From contig NC_043004.1 of NCBI RefSeq assembly GCF_006345805.1, forward strand, positions 106,950,001-107,014,000: DNA of 64,000 bases, written 5' to 3'. Both the position numbers and the translations under genes were made by a program. Shown one piece after another: positions 53,093-64,000 of the stretch (position 1 is its first letter; each line of letters opens with the position of its first letter). The DNA comes from Octopus sinensis. Its lineage: Eukaryota. A model generated the notes under the pieces. The model had not been told where the DNA came from and did not search any database. It saw only the letters and a list, made by a program, of their open reading frames with translations.

Positions 53093-53466
53093 ATAGGCGC
53101 AGGAGTGGCTGTGTGGTAAGTAGCTTGCTAACCAACCACACGGTTGCGGGTTCAGTCCCACTGCGTGGCATCTTGGGCAAGTGTCTTCTGCTATAGCCCC
53201 GGGCCGACCAATGCCTTGTGAGTGGATTTGGTAGACGGAAACTGAAAGAAGCCTGTCGTATATATGTATATATATATATATATATGTATGCGTGTGTTTG
53301 TGTGTCTGTGTTTGTCCCCCTAGCATTGCTTGACAACCGATGCTGGTGTGTTTAGGTCCCCGTCACTTAGCGGTTCGGCAAAAAGAGACCGATAGAATAA
53401 GTACTAAAAGGTGGTGCTCCAGCATGGCCGCAGTCAAATGACTGAAACAAGTAAAAGAGTAAAAGA

Positions 53467-53469
<3 letters not shown>
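53093..53469 (+). mobile_element. SINE family 1 subtype with a ~41-bp tail deletion
   Basis: Shares its diagnostic bases and the deletion with 40832-41196. Confidence 0.92.
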
Positions 53470-53505
<36 letters not shown>

Positions 53506-54444
53506 TACATACATATACACACATATATGAACATTTAACATCCCTTCTTAAAAAAAGAAAGATCTTTTGGCAATTAAAAACAAACGGAAGTAAATCTTCC
53601 CTACACCATTGGATTGTCAGAGTGAAGATGGCAATCCTGTAGCAGAAACCGCGGGATTATTCTACCCACACGCATGGTTTTCTGCTTCCTAATCTAAGCA
53701 AAATTAATTGTTATTTATCTATTTATTTTATTTACTTATTTTTTTTTTAGCGGTATCGAATCGGTGGTAAGAATCGAAGGTCTCCATCTAGTAAACTTCG
53801 CTATACTCTGTGCTGATGTCTGAAGTGTTGTGCGTGATGTCGATGTGTTGTTAGGCTGTTGGTGGCCGGTTGGTGCTTGTTGAGGCGATGATTCTGTAGA
53901 AGCACGCATCCTGTATGTGCCGTCATCTGCTGTGGGTGTTGTAGCTCTTGTTCGTGTTGCCACTGTGGGAAACCTAAGCTAATCTCATAAACCGGCTTTC
54001 CCCATTTTTAATATATACAGCTCTACATCTTAGAGTGTGCTGTACTTCTTCATTCGCATTTATGTTTTCTTCAAACGATATATATATAAAATTAATACAC
54101 ATACCGAAAGAGATACTTATAGTTCGTGTTTTTATGATACTTTAACTAGACATTTTTATGAAATATGCCGTGCAAAAACTATTAGTAGCTCTTTTGGTAT
54201 GCGTATTGATTTGATATTTACCTCTCACTTGATGGAGTACTTTTTGTTGACTCTACCTATATTGGATATATATACATGTATGTATATACAAACACACACA
54301 CATATACACATACGCACACGTGACAGAAGTAAATAGATACCCATAAACCATCGTTTTATGTTTATTCTAACTTGTAAAGTTATATATTTTTTATTAATTG
54401 ACATTTTTATGTTTCAGGTTCTATAAGTGAGTGTTTAATCATTC

Positions 54445-55402
54445 CATGTACAAAAGAAGCCTGTCTGAATTTCAAAGAGGCCGTATTGTGGGTCATTCTG
54501 AAGGTGAACATAGCATAAAATTGCAGAAAACCTTGGGATCCTGCTTTCTACAGTTAATAGAGTAATTATGAAATTCACCAGAGAGGGGAAGGAGTCCACA
54601 TCACCTCGCCCAGATCAACCAGAACCCTCTGATAGGACCCTTCTCTTTGTTAAGAGAAGTGTAAAGGATAATCCTCGTTGCAAGGCCTCTGACATAGCAG
54701 AACAAGTTGAATGTCAATCCCAGAACAGCTGCCTGGTATCTCCACAAACTTGGTTACTATGGCAGAGCAACAAGAAGGAAGCCAATTCTTCAACCAGCCA
54801 AAATCAAGCGGAGAAAAGATTGGGCCAGTGAGATGGTGGAGAAGACACTGGCGTTTTAGGACACAGTCATATTCTCTGATGAGTCCAGATTTGCTGTATT
54901 TCCTGACAGTGGTCGAGTGTGGGTCCGGAGACTCTGAGATCGAGAATTTGATGTGAAAAGATTGCAACTATTCTATGACGGTCTGGGGAGCAATTTGGAG
55001 CAATGGTTGATCAGATCTGGTGGAGTGTGAGGGAAACATAAACTCAGATAAATATGTGTCCATATTGCTGAAAGGACTCTTTCCAATCTTCTCCAGTGGT
55101 AAAATGATTAAAGAAGATTCTTTATTTATGGAAGGCTCATTGTTACACGTCTAAAATGGATAAGAATGACATTAAAAAGTTTCCAGTCACCAGATATGAA
55201 CCCTATTGAACACTTCTGGGACGTAATGGACAGGACACTTCATAAAGAGAACAAGATACCTTCTTCAAAGCCAGATCTTTTAAGATTACTGCATGAAACT
55301 TGGCAAGAAATTCCGCAAGAGAATATTCGTCATCTGATCAGAAACATACCTTATAGGGTCCTTGCATAAAGAAATGCAAACGGCATGTCTACTAAATATT
55401 AA
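54445..55402 (+). mobile_element. Tc1-family transposase remnant
   Basis: LSEFQRGRIVG, VIFSDESRF, SPDMNPIEHFW and T.Y* motifs with frameshifts; TIRs not identified. Confidence 0.85.
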
Positions 55403-55489
55403 ATATTCACATTATAATAATTAATAAATAATTTTAATGTATAATTTCAGATTTAAATAAATTTTAATGATTACAAAGGTATCTATTTA

Positions 55490-56398
55490 CTTAGGTACTT
55501 AAATCGAAGCTCCAAGGCAGTTCGGTAAAGTACGCGCAGCTCGAAGTTAGGTGAATAAAAAGCAAATAAGTAACAAGGATGGAAATTTACGAAATTTTTC
55601 AAATATCGAGCGAAGCATAACCTTATTAAACATTAGAATACCATGTGTGCATAGGATCACCCGTACTTTTAAATATTTTAGAAACAGATAATAATATACA
55701 TATATTATGATTTGGTAGGAGTCTAGTAATTTACGTAGGATTACTCACCTATAACCCCTAATATTTTAGTCTACATTCTTCATATACTTATATTACGTTA
55801 ATTACCCTTAGCTTCTAGGAATTTGTTTTTTCCCTATTAGTTATAGTATGTAAATTTGTAACTGATTACCTGATCCTGCGCATCCCTTAAGTATACCATA
55901 CACGCCCTGCGAACTATCATTATTCGACAGATTTTTGTGTTCTTATTAGATTTTACAAATATTTGATACAACCTTTTCAAATGGTATTTTTATCTTATTG
56001 TATTTATCCTCCAACTAGCTTCAGTTATGCATACCTTGAATTTTCCTTGTTTTTTTTTTAATTTTATTTCCATTTACCTCCGTTATACTTTTTATGTCGT
56101 TCGCAATGTTATTTTTTATTATTTTATTATATAAATTCTTTATAAGAGAGGTTTATATAAAAATATTTTGTCTTTTACTTATTCTTATTTATATTTTTAC
56201 CTTTGTTATTATTTTATTTTTTTAAATCTACAAACCCTCCTTTATACTGGTGTAATTTCTACCGATTGTGGAAGGGTTCATAATTTCTGTTTGTTAAACT
56301 CATTGTATAATGTAAGAAAATGTGGTACTTATATTTATAATCACACTATATATTTAATAAAGTTTATAAAATTTTCATATATATATGTGATATTTTAA

Positions 56399-56455
<57 letters not shown>

Positions 56456-56463
56456 ACTTGTTT

Positions 56464-56498
<35 letters not shown>

Positions 56499-57417
56499 TG
56501 ATATTTTATATCTTCAAGTTTTTTTTTAAATAAGTTTACCCGATATGGGATTATTTAACTTATCATTTAGACCCTAATCTCTTGTTGTGGTTTGATATAA
56601 ACTACGTACCCCTACTCAGATGACATACATTAAATTTAATTATAAATTCATTGTTGAATGGTTTTAGCATTACAACCTTAGAAAAAGCCTTATGAACTTT
56701 CTCTTATATATTATAGTTCCTTATTTTTAGGCTTTCTAAATTTTTATCTTAATTTCATAGTTGAGACATGCTTCGTTACCCTCAGTTTTAACTCCCACCC
56801 TTAAGGTTTTTGGCCTCTTTTTGTTTTCAACCTCATGCCCCTTTTATTTGATAATCTAAATTGTATTCGACTACCCACTCCTTCCTTACTCTAGTTATCA
56901 CTTCCCTCTCCTTCTGTCATTCTCTTACTAGCAGGTGCCTGGCATGCCGGGGAGAATATCTGACATTTAATTAATTTATCACCACTAGCAGTAAATTAAC
57001 TATCAACTCCCAAAGGGCTTAATTCTTAAGAGTTGGAAACAATATGCTGCAAATAATCTTAGAAATGTAATAATGACGAATGTAGACTCAACTATCTCTC
57101 TTTTCCTCATTCTTGACTCCCACTATTCACTATGCTACTCCGAATCATAATAGGCTGTAGGTATGCATTATTTACTAAATTCATTCTGCCACAGAAATGG
57201 CAAGGAAAAACAATGTAATTATTTTGACTGCTACTACTGAGGCAAATTGCTCTAAAAAATGGCTTATTCTTTATATTGGAAATCTATATGGTCGTTCGCG
57301 TCCGAGGAAAGCGATTTATTTCAAATTGATGCAATGCTTTCATTGATCGATTAAATGGAACCGCTTGAAACGGCCGTAATGCACTGATACCTGAACATCC
57401 TTGTTACTTATTTGCTT

Positions 57418-57419
<2 letters not shown>
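55490..57419 (+). mobile_element. Penelope-like AT-rich element, same family as 52085-52968
   Basis: Left end homologous to 52085-52180; short inverted repeat 55556-55581/57396-57419; hammerhead at the right end. Confidence 0.55.
57298..57382 (+). ncRNA. Type I hammerhead, core CCGAGGA
   Basis: Stem I GCGT/ATGC, stem II AAGCG/CGCTT, GAAA, palindromic ACGGCCGT, GUA triplet ending at 57378. Confidence 0.72.
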
Positions 57420-57508
<89 letters not shown>

Positions 57509-57944
57509 GTGTGCGCACGCACGCACATATAGGTGTGTGTCTGTGTAGAAACAGAGAGACACAGAAGACAGACAGGAGATAAAGGCTGGAGAGTCTTTTG
57601 ACCATAGATCTTCAGGGTAAAGGATAAACAACTGGAACAACAACTTACTGTGTAACTCATAAACAATGATTTATTTGATGGACAAAATTAAATATTCCTA
57701 AATCGATGTAGCGGAAATTAATTCGATCAGAAGCCATATTGTGCTATGTGGGGAGCGGCATGTCAAAGAATAGTCCCAACATTTCTTCTGTGTGTCGTAA
57801 AAGGCAACTAAACACCTGCCTCATGAAACCTCACCAGCAACAACTACCCAAACAGACCCTTAGGTTAGAGTAGTGGTTCTCAACCAGTTTTTGCCTATGA
57901 TGAACACATTTGTTACTTTTTTACTCTACATACATATATATATG

Positions 57945-57982
<38 letters not shown>

Positions 57983-57986
57983 TATA

Positions 57987-58158
57987 TACGACGGGCTTCT
58001 TTCAGTTTCCGTCTACCAAATCCACTCACAAGGCTTTATTCGGCCCGAGACTATAGTAGAAGACACTTGCCCAAGGTGCCACGCAGTGGGACTGAACCCG
58101 TTACCATGTGGTTCGTAAGCAAGCTACTTACCACACGCCTATAGCCACTCCTACGCCT
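57987..58158 (-). mobile_element. SINE family 1, 5' half
   Basis: Head and core match. Confidence 0.85.
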
Positions 58159-58559
58159 ATGTATATAAAAATAACATCTTACTGTATTTTTATAATAAAA
58201 TATTAAGAATTGTATTTTTAAAAAATTATAATATTTTTAGTATTTTAGAAGTATAACCAATTTATGGCAGATAAACTTTAACAACAAAATCTTATATGGA
58301 CTCCCAAGGGCCATATGGATTCTAATTCAGTGGCTCTCAACCAGGGTCTACATAGATTGTCGCCTGAGTGATGCAAAGGTGTCATCCACCGGGAGTAAAG
58401 AATCACCAACAAATGGCGTATACGACAACACAGCGCATTCCCCCACACTACTGCTAGGAGTCATATTAGCTAACTAGAGAACTTCTACGTGATCCTTTGA
58501 CCTGATAGAATTTTCCTCAAATCGCACTTTACTGTCTAACAAAAAGAAAGCCATATTAG

Positions 58560-58790
58560 GTAATATATTGATAGATCGTTAGCCACTACACACATTTTTT
58601 CTCTCCTTTTTTCTCTCCTTGTTTTTTTCTCTCTTTGTTTTTTAATGTGTCTCTTTCTGTAGAAGAGCGTAGGCTCAAAACGTAAAATACTTTTTTCGAT
58701 TCCTGAGCGTTATACTAATACATCTGTTTGTTTTGTATACCACCTGTCTTCGTCTTTTGTTTTTTTTTTCGTAAACTCACCCTTAGGTAA
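58560..58790 (+). mobile_element. Penelope-like 3' terminal fragment with a decayed hammerhead variant
   Basis: Homologous to 43200-43360 on the minus strand; CTGTAGA-A-GAGCGTAGGCTC-AAAACGTA. Confidence 0.6.
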
Positions 58791-59739
58791 TATATTCCTA
58801 CATGTAATATATTTGAAAAGAAACAGATGAGATTGTAACGGCTGGAATGATTGTGGTAAGTCCGCTCTTCCAGAGATAACCTGGAGCTAAACAACAACTG
58901 CCACAGTTGTGTATTTATGGCCCTAGAATTTCAATATTCCGTTATTTATGCGAGTTCTATATTAGAATAATTGCCACATTTATAAATGGGTTTTTCTTAC
59001 CTCATCTTAAAAACACATTTCTCTTAATGATGTGCCAAATGTGTCACATAAGAATGATATAATCATTAAAATATTCAATTTCTTTTCCATCAACATTTCA
59101 GAGATGAATGTATAAAGATAAGAATAACTTGTTTAAAATGGGCGTTTGTGAGTGTTTGTGTGCGTATGTATGTACTTGTGTATGGATGGATGGATGGATG
59201 GATGGACGGACGGACGGACGGATGGACGGACGGACGGACGGATGGACGGACGGACGGACGGATGGACGGACGGACGGACGGACAGGTAGATAGATGTAAT
59301 ACCCAGTGATCATTGTATTTCTTTGTTGTTGCTGATTTTAAGTACGGCAAAATAAGGCCTGTGGCTCACATACACAGACGTATACACATATATGGCCATT
59401 TTCTTTCATTACGGAAATCATAGATTTTATTCATGCATAGATATTACTTGTTTATATTGGCGATCAAATAATCGAGTTAGCTTCCTAAAATTTTACGGGA
59501 AATGTGATCTCATATAACGTGAAGGTTTTTATGTATTCTCTGAATGATACATTTTCAACATGACGTGGCTGGTTTGTGATACCCTTAATAAGCAGAACTA
59601 TCGGCCTTATGACAACCTTATTCTTAAAATAAAGTAATCAGCAAAAAACTTTTGCAAGACTCGTGCTCACAGTGTTGAGTCTACAGGATTTCCAAGGAAT
59701 GTAGCTGGGCCCGGGTCATCATCAAGCAACTGTCAAAGA

Positions 59740-60180
59740 GCACGTATTCTGGTATGCTGTTGGAATACTTTCAACGAAGTATTTACCGAAAGGAGAATTG
59801 GTTTACCTTCTTTAGAACTTGCTATGTACAGAATAGCTATTGTTACCTTGTCGAAGACCCATTTCACTGGTAAGGGTCAATATGCTAAAATAAGGGATGG
59901 CTACGCTATTTTCTGGTATGAAAGAGTTGATAATCAGAGGAGGGAATCTGACATTGATTTTGCGATTGGGTGAAGTTTAGTCTCACTTCTCACTAAGCTA
60001 CCATCTGGTTTAAATGCTAGACTTATGTCTCTACCAGTGTCAGTATCTTGTGATGATTTGACAGTGTTTATGAGTTTCTATGCACCAACAATGCATGGTT
60101 CTGATGAAGACAAAAATTTGATTTATGAGAATCTAAAAGATATTATTTGACACATTACTGTTGGAGTAATAATTCTTAAA
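59740..60180 (+). mobile_element. RTE/BovB-like LINE endonuclease N-terminal remnant
   Basis: ERR...L.LELAMYRIAIVTLSKTHF..GQ...GYAIFW...RRES.IDFAI...RLMSL...SFYAPT...DE.K...YE.L. Confidence 0.8.
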
Positions 60181-61248
60181 CTTCAACGCACAAGCTCGTG
60201 AAAATGTTTAAATACTGAAGTGTGTAGGGCAGTGATTCACAACCAGGGTCCATAAAGGATTTTGTTAAAATTTATGCGCAATGAAGTGGTTATACCTCGA
60301 CAATGCACAAAATATGTTAACAAATTTCATATACAATTCCTAATAATATTTTATTACAAAAAATATAATAGGATTTTTCTGGCATCAAATGGCTATGAGG
60401 GTCCAGCAGAGTAAAATATGAATCAAAGGGATCCACAGGTAAAAAAACGGTCGAGAGACACTAGTTCAGAGCATCATGAGATGAAACGATTAAAGTCAAC
60501 CCCGAACAGTATTTTACTACAAATGTGAACAGAATTGAATCTCATTATTTGTAATAGGTTCTATAAAAATATAGAATATATAGAGATGTACGAAGGAAAC
60601 TGGTTGCATCCAAGCTCCAAGAAACGGGAGAAAAAATTTGAATGATGTGAGAAATGTCTTACCAAAACAATATTGTCAAAATAAAAATTTATTGGCCTAA
60701 AATAAACTGTTAAATCAATGATTCAAAAGGAATTCAGTCAAAAAAATTAAGCAGTGAACTGAACGTGACTGTGATCTTCAGAAAGCATAAGTCAAAAGGG
60801 ACTCTGCCTTTCATTCTTTCGGGGTCGATAAAATAAGTACCAGTTAATCACTGGGGGAGGGGGTCGAGATAATCGACTTACTCCTTCACCTGAAATTGCT
60901 GGCCATGTACCAAAATTTGAAACCATTATTTCCGATAAGGTGAAGAACAAGACTGTCCGCGTGTTGGTTTTGAAATTTGAACATTAAAGGACATAACTGA
61001 ATTTTACAAGATAATTTGTTCGTTCTCTGCTGTTTCGTCTGCCCCTTTAATAATTTCCTGTAATCATTATAATATCGGTTTCAAATTTTGACGGTATTTG
61101 AACTCAGAACGTAAAGGCGGACAAAATACCACCAGGCATTTTGCCTCGGCCTGACAACGATTCTGCCTGCTCACCGCCTTTGTAATCATTATAAGATTGA
61201 AAAACTAAAACTAACTTCTGAAACTCATTATTTTTTGTTCTATTTCAG

Positions 61249-61296
61249 AACATTCTTGTTGCATGTATTTACTGAACAGACAAGTCTGCGTTCCAA
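61249..61296 (+). CDS. Coding exon 3 of the WAP-like peptide: (E)HSCCMYLLNRQVCVP
   Basis: Branch CTAAC at 61211, acceptor TTTTTTGTTCTATTTCAG, donor A|GTAAGT, 48 nt, phase 1-1. Supplies the CC and final C of the motif begun in exon 2. Confidence 0.82.
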
Positions 61297-61744
61297 GTAA
61301 GTAAAACCTTCTGTTATCACAATGTAGAGACTGAACTAAGGAGAGCATAATCCATAAGAAAGCCTATTAGAAATATCAGTTGATTCACCCTTAAATTATA
61401 TCCTACCATCTTAAATAAGTCTACACTAACCAATATAGATCTTGGTACAATAGGAAATAGTCTTGATTTGAACACCATTTGATCGAAGGCCTGCTCAATG
61501 AAGGCTTAGCTTGGCCTAAACAAAACAATGAATGGGAGGAAACGCTGGGTAATGTAGTTTAGGTAAACTGTTGCTGTAAAAAGATGAGACAGTCACGGCT
61601 GAGGTACCTTATACAAAGATTTCGTCAATCAGACTAACTTGGGACCAAGCAACAACGACAAGGTAGAAATTGAGATGAGATTATGGTATTGAAAGTAATA
61701 TTATTGTAATGTAATGTGGGGTTTGTTTTATGTGATGTAATATG

Positions 61745-62130
61745 AAGATACTTACTTCAGCCCTTTATCCCTTGTGAAGCGTAGACCATCGACGGCTTTT
61801 CTGCAGTTTTCTGCACTTTGCAGTTTTTTTCTGCTTCCCTTCAGTTAGATCCCTACTTGTTCAGCTCTTCTTCAGTAGCCCGAGGGCGTCCTCTCTTTCG
61901 CCTCCCTCGTTGGACCCATTCTTGTGTTTCCCACAGGGAATGCCTTCCTCTCCCAAGTCTTGTTTGTTTTGAATGTCATCAATGTATCTGTAACTTTTCT
62001 TTTTTAATAGTTAGGAGGACTGGCCTTTTGCTAGCCCATCTGGGAAGAGATGATCTATATTAGTCTAGCCTCTCGCCTTTGACTTCTCAACCAAGAGCTT
62101 AGCTTTTTGACTTGTCTACAGGCTTAGCTC
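61745..62130 (-). mobile_element. RTE-clade LINE 3' end remnant
   Basis: W..RGRRKRGRP motif and a TAAGTA-like tail. Confidence 0.6.
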
Positions 62131-62181
62131 TCTGGGTCATTGAGGCGCACAAGCTGCCACACCGCAACAGGGTGCAGGACA

Positions 62182-62237
62182 ACTCACCACCGCCGACTCA
62201 CCACCGCCAACTCACCACCGCCAACTCACCACCGCCG
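62182..62237. repeat. 14-bp minisatellite (ACTCACCACCGCC[G/A]) x4
   Basis: Direct reading. Confidence 0.9.
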
Positions 62238-62269
62238 ACTCAACATAGCTGACTCAAAACCATGACATC

Positions 62270-62500
62270 TGAACAACATTATTATCATGCAGGGCTTATA
62301 TTCAATATCATCGTGCACTTCACGTCTAATATGGGTCTCCGCTGTATTGGGCTGCTTGAAGATGGTCCTCGTCAACCTACCACCGTTGTCATTGATGATG
62401 TTCTGAACCTGCAGGACTAACTGGGCTGTTATTGCCTGACTGCTGAGAAAATTTTCTTTTGGTCTTGGATTATACTTCCATATCAATAGCATTCAATTCT
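62270..62500 (-). mobile_element. Tc1/mariner-superfamily (maT/DD37D-like) transposase N-terminal fragment
   Basis: VQNIINDN...IRREVHDDIEYKP resembles the HTH-adjacent IRR.VHEDL.YKSY motif. Confidence 0.45.
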
Positions 62501-63836
62501 TTCCAGACCATTTTTTTTCGGCAGTAGGAACTCCGAGTACGGTGTGTCTTTTACTTTCCCTGCGGGACTGAAACCTATGCAACTGATACGTCAGAAAGAG
62601 AAATGAAAAAGTTACAATTTAGTGTATACTGTGTGACATTACTTTAGATCGTCTTCCATTTAAGACTCACAAAAATGTGTTCACAAACACTCGGCATAAC
62701 CTGTATGTGGTGTAGCGATAATATCGCTGTAATTTAATATCAGAGCAGTGTTGTAATGGAGAATGGGGATCAATTAATAAGTCCTTTTATTCTAATGGCT
62801 TCGTTCTTCGAATTGCTGCTCACTGGAACTCATTACTATCGTCTTGTTTTCATTTGGTCTCTGATATTCAGTCCTTTAACCTATCTGTCAACCGAGGAGG
62901 AATTACAACCATGTTTCGTTGTCTGCTACCACAACAGCTCCTTTATAGGATCCAGTTAGCTCGAGACATCATCAGGAGGAACCACGTCCGGTTTCGACCC
63001 CTACTCCTCTACCGTTTTGACGTGGAGCGCGCCCCACCCCACCCTTTCGGAGGTGTCTTCAGCTCTGGTGTTGAGTGCATGTCTTCTTTCGCCTTCTTTC
63101 TTCTGTTCCCTGGCCTCTTCGATGTAGCGTCACCGAGTGTCGGCGGGCGACTGACTGTCTTGTCAAATTTCCCTTTAAATACCCGCTGCTGGGCGCCAGC
63201 TCTTTTTGCTGCTTTGTTGTCTCTTACGCTACCGTAGACTAAAACCTTGTTTGGGGCAACACCATTGTAGAAATATACTGTGCAGGCAGTTTCAAAATAA
63301 TATAATGCGAGGAGAGAGATGTGGCATTGTAGCATTGCCAGAATATAGTGTTGTGAAGGTTGTGGATGCAATGGTACGGTAATATAGAATGGAAGTAACG
63401 TTCTCGAAAAGTTTTAGAAATTTAGGAGCACAAAAATCTTGTTATACATATTTTTTTCTCATGACAAAAGTATTTTTTCTCATTTTATACTTACAGAAGG
63501 TGAGTAACCTTTTGTGCACTGTTTGCAAAATGTTATTGTGTGCGCACACACCAACAATTTGAACAGAACACTTCATGAAAAAAATAGTGTATTGTGATGG
63601 CAGTGTTGTAATTTTGTGAAGAAGATGCATTGTAAAAATGTAGGATAAAGTCAATGTAATAGTAATGTAGTAATAGTGAAAATTGTGGTCTGTAGTTTCA
63701 TAGTACAGAATGAGACCTCACACAGGCAACGTTTGTTTGCGAAAGCAACACTGTTTATCATATTGTTCTAGTTGCCTAATATCCGTAATATGTAATAATG
63801 TCAGAGCTGAGAATGTATTCACTGTATTTTTCTCAG

Positions 63837-63913
63837 ATGCTGAAACCTACGTTATTTATGCCAACGTGAGGTCTTCTACCCTCAAATCATACACTACCAT
63901 CTTAAAAAGATGA
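63837..63913 (+). CDS. Tentative terminal exon of the WAP-like peptide: (N)AETYVIYANVRSSTLKSYTTILKR*
   Basis: Strong acceptor TATTTTTCTCAG, and the phase-1 frame is open to TGA. Alternative acceptors exist, as does an internal GTGAGG donor. Confidence 0.4.
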
Positions 63914-64000
63914 GAACACTTTCGATAATGCTGTCGCATATAAATATGAAAAGGTTATTGGTGGAATGCTTTACATCGTGTGTCTGTTTCATCAGCGCTA

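Noticed and set aside
55700-56830. Scattered CCCT(A/T)A motifs as telomeric repeats
   Set aside because: Isolated motifs rather than tandem arrays, lying inside a Penelope-like AT-rich region.
62182-62250. Short regular repeats here and at 20615 as CRISPR-like arrays
   Set aside because: Contiguous tandem units without unique spacers, in a eukaryotic context.
62524-62700. Alternative terminal exons for the peptide gene (acceptors near 62524 and 62664)
   Set aside because: Both are open in phase 1 but have weaker acceptors and add an unpaired cysteine; not excluded without RNA data.
62890-63075. Two CTGA(A/T)GA and GAAAC motif sets on the minus strand, and the overlapping 120-127 aa ORFs
   Set aside because: Probably a Penelope-like terminal remnant, but I could not close stem I convincingly and the ORFs show no recognisable domain.

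Overview
AT-rich, repeat-saturated animal genomic DNA. The tRNA-derived SINE families and the (TATG)n/(TA)n load point to an octopus; this is recognition from memory, not a database result. Most entries in the ORF track are microsatellite artefacts. The one supportable host gene is invisible to that track: a + strand gene with tiny phase-1 exons at 39487-39535, 49331-49420, 61249-61296 and, tentatively, 63837-63913. Spliced, they give a secreted peptide with a signal sequence and a six-cysteine WAP-like core. The rest is mobile DNA: at least four SINE families; Tx1, RTE, CR1, R4/Dong and Penelope-like retroelements; mariner, Tc1, Tigger, maT-like and Merlin-like DNA transposons; and several fold-back elements. 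The main hunt results are: (1) the cryptic WAP-like peptide gene; (2) a SINE that forms head-truncated concatemers with an invariant junction and shares its 3' end with a Tx1 LINE in the window; (3) a set of Penelope-associated minimal hammerhead ribozyme folds with recurrent non-canonical cores, including a G3-C8 swap; (4) R4/Dong-like copies embedded in (CATA)n; and (5) a 62-bp-arm hairpin element capped by GCGAAAGC. All coordinates and alignments were read by eye, and family names need database confirmation.
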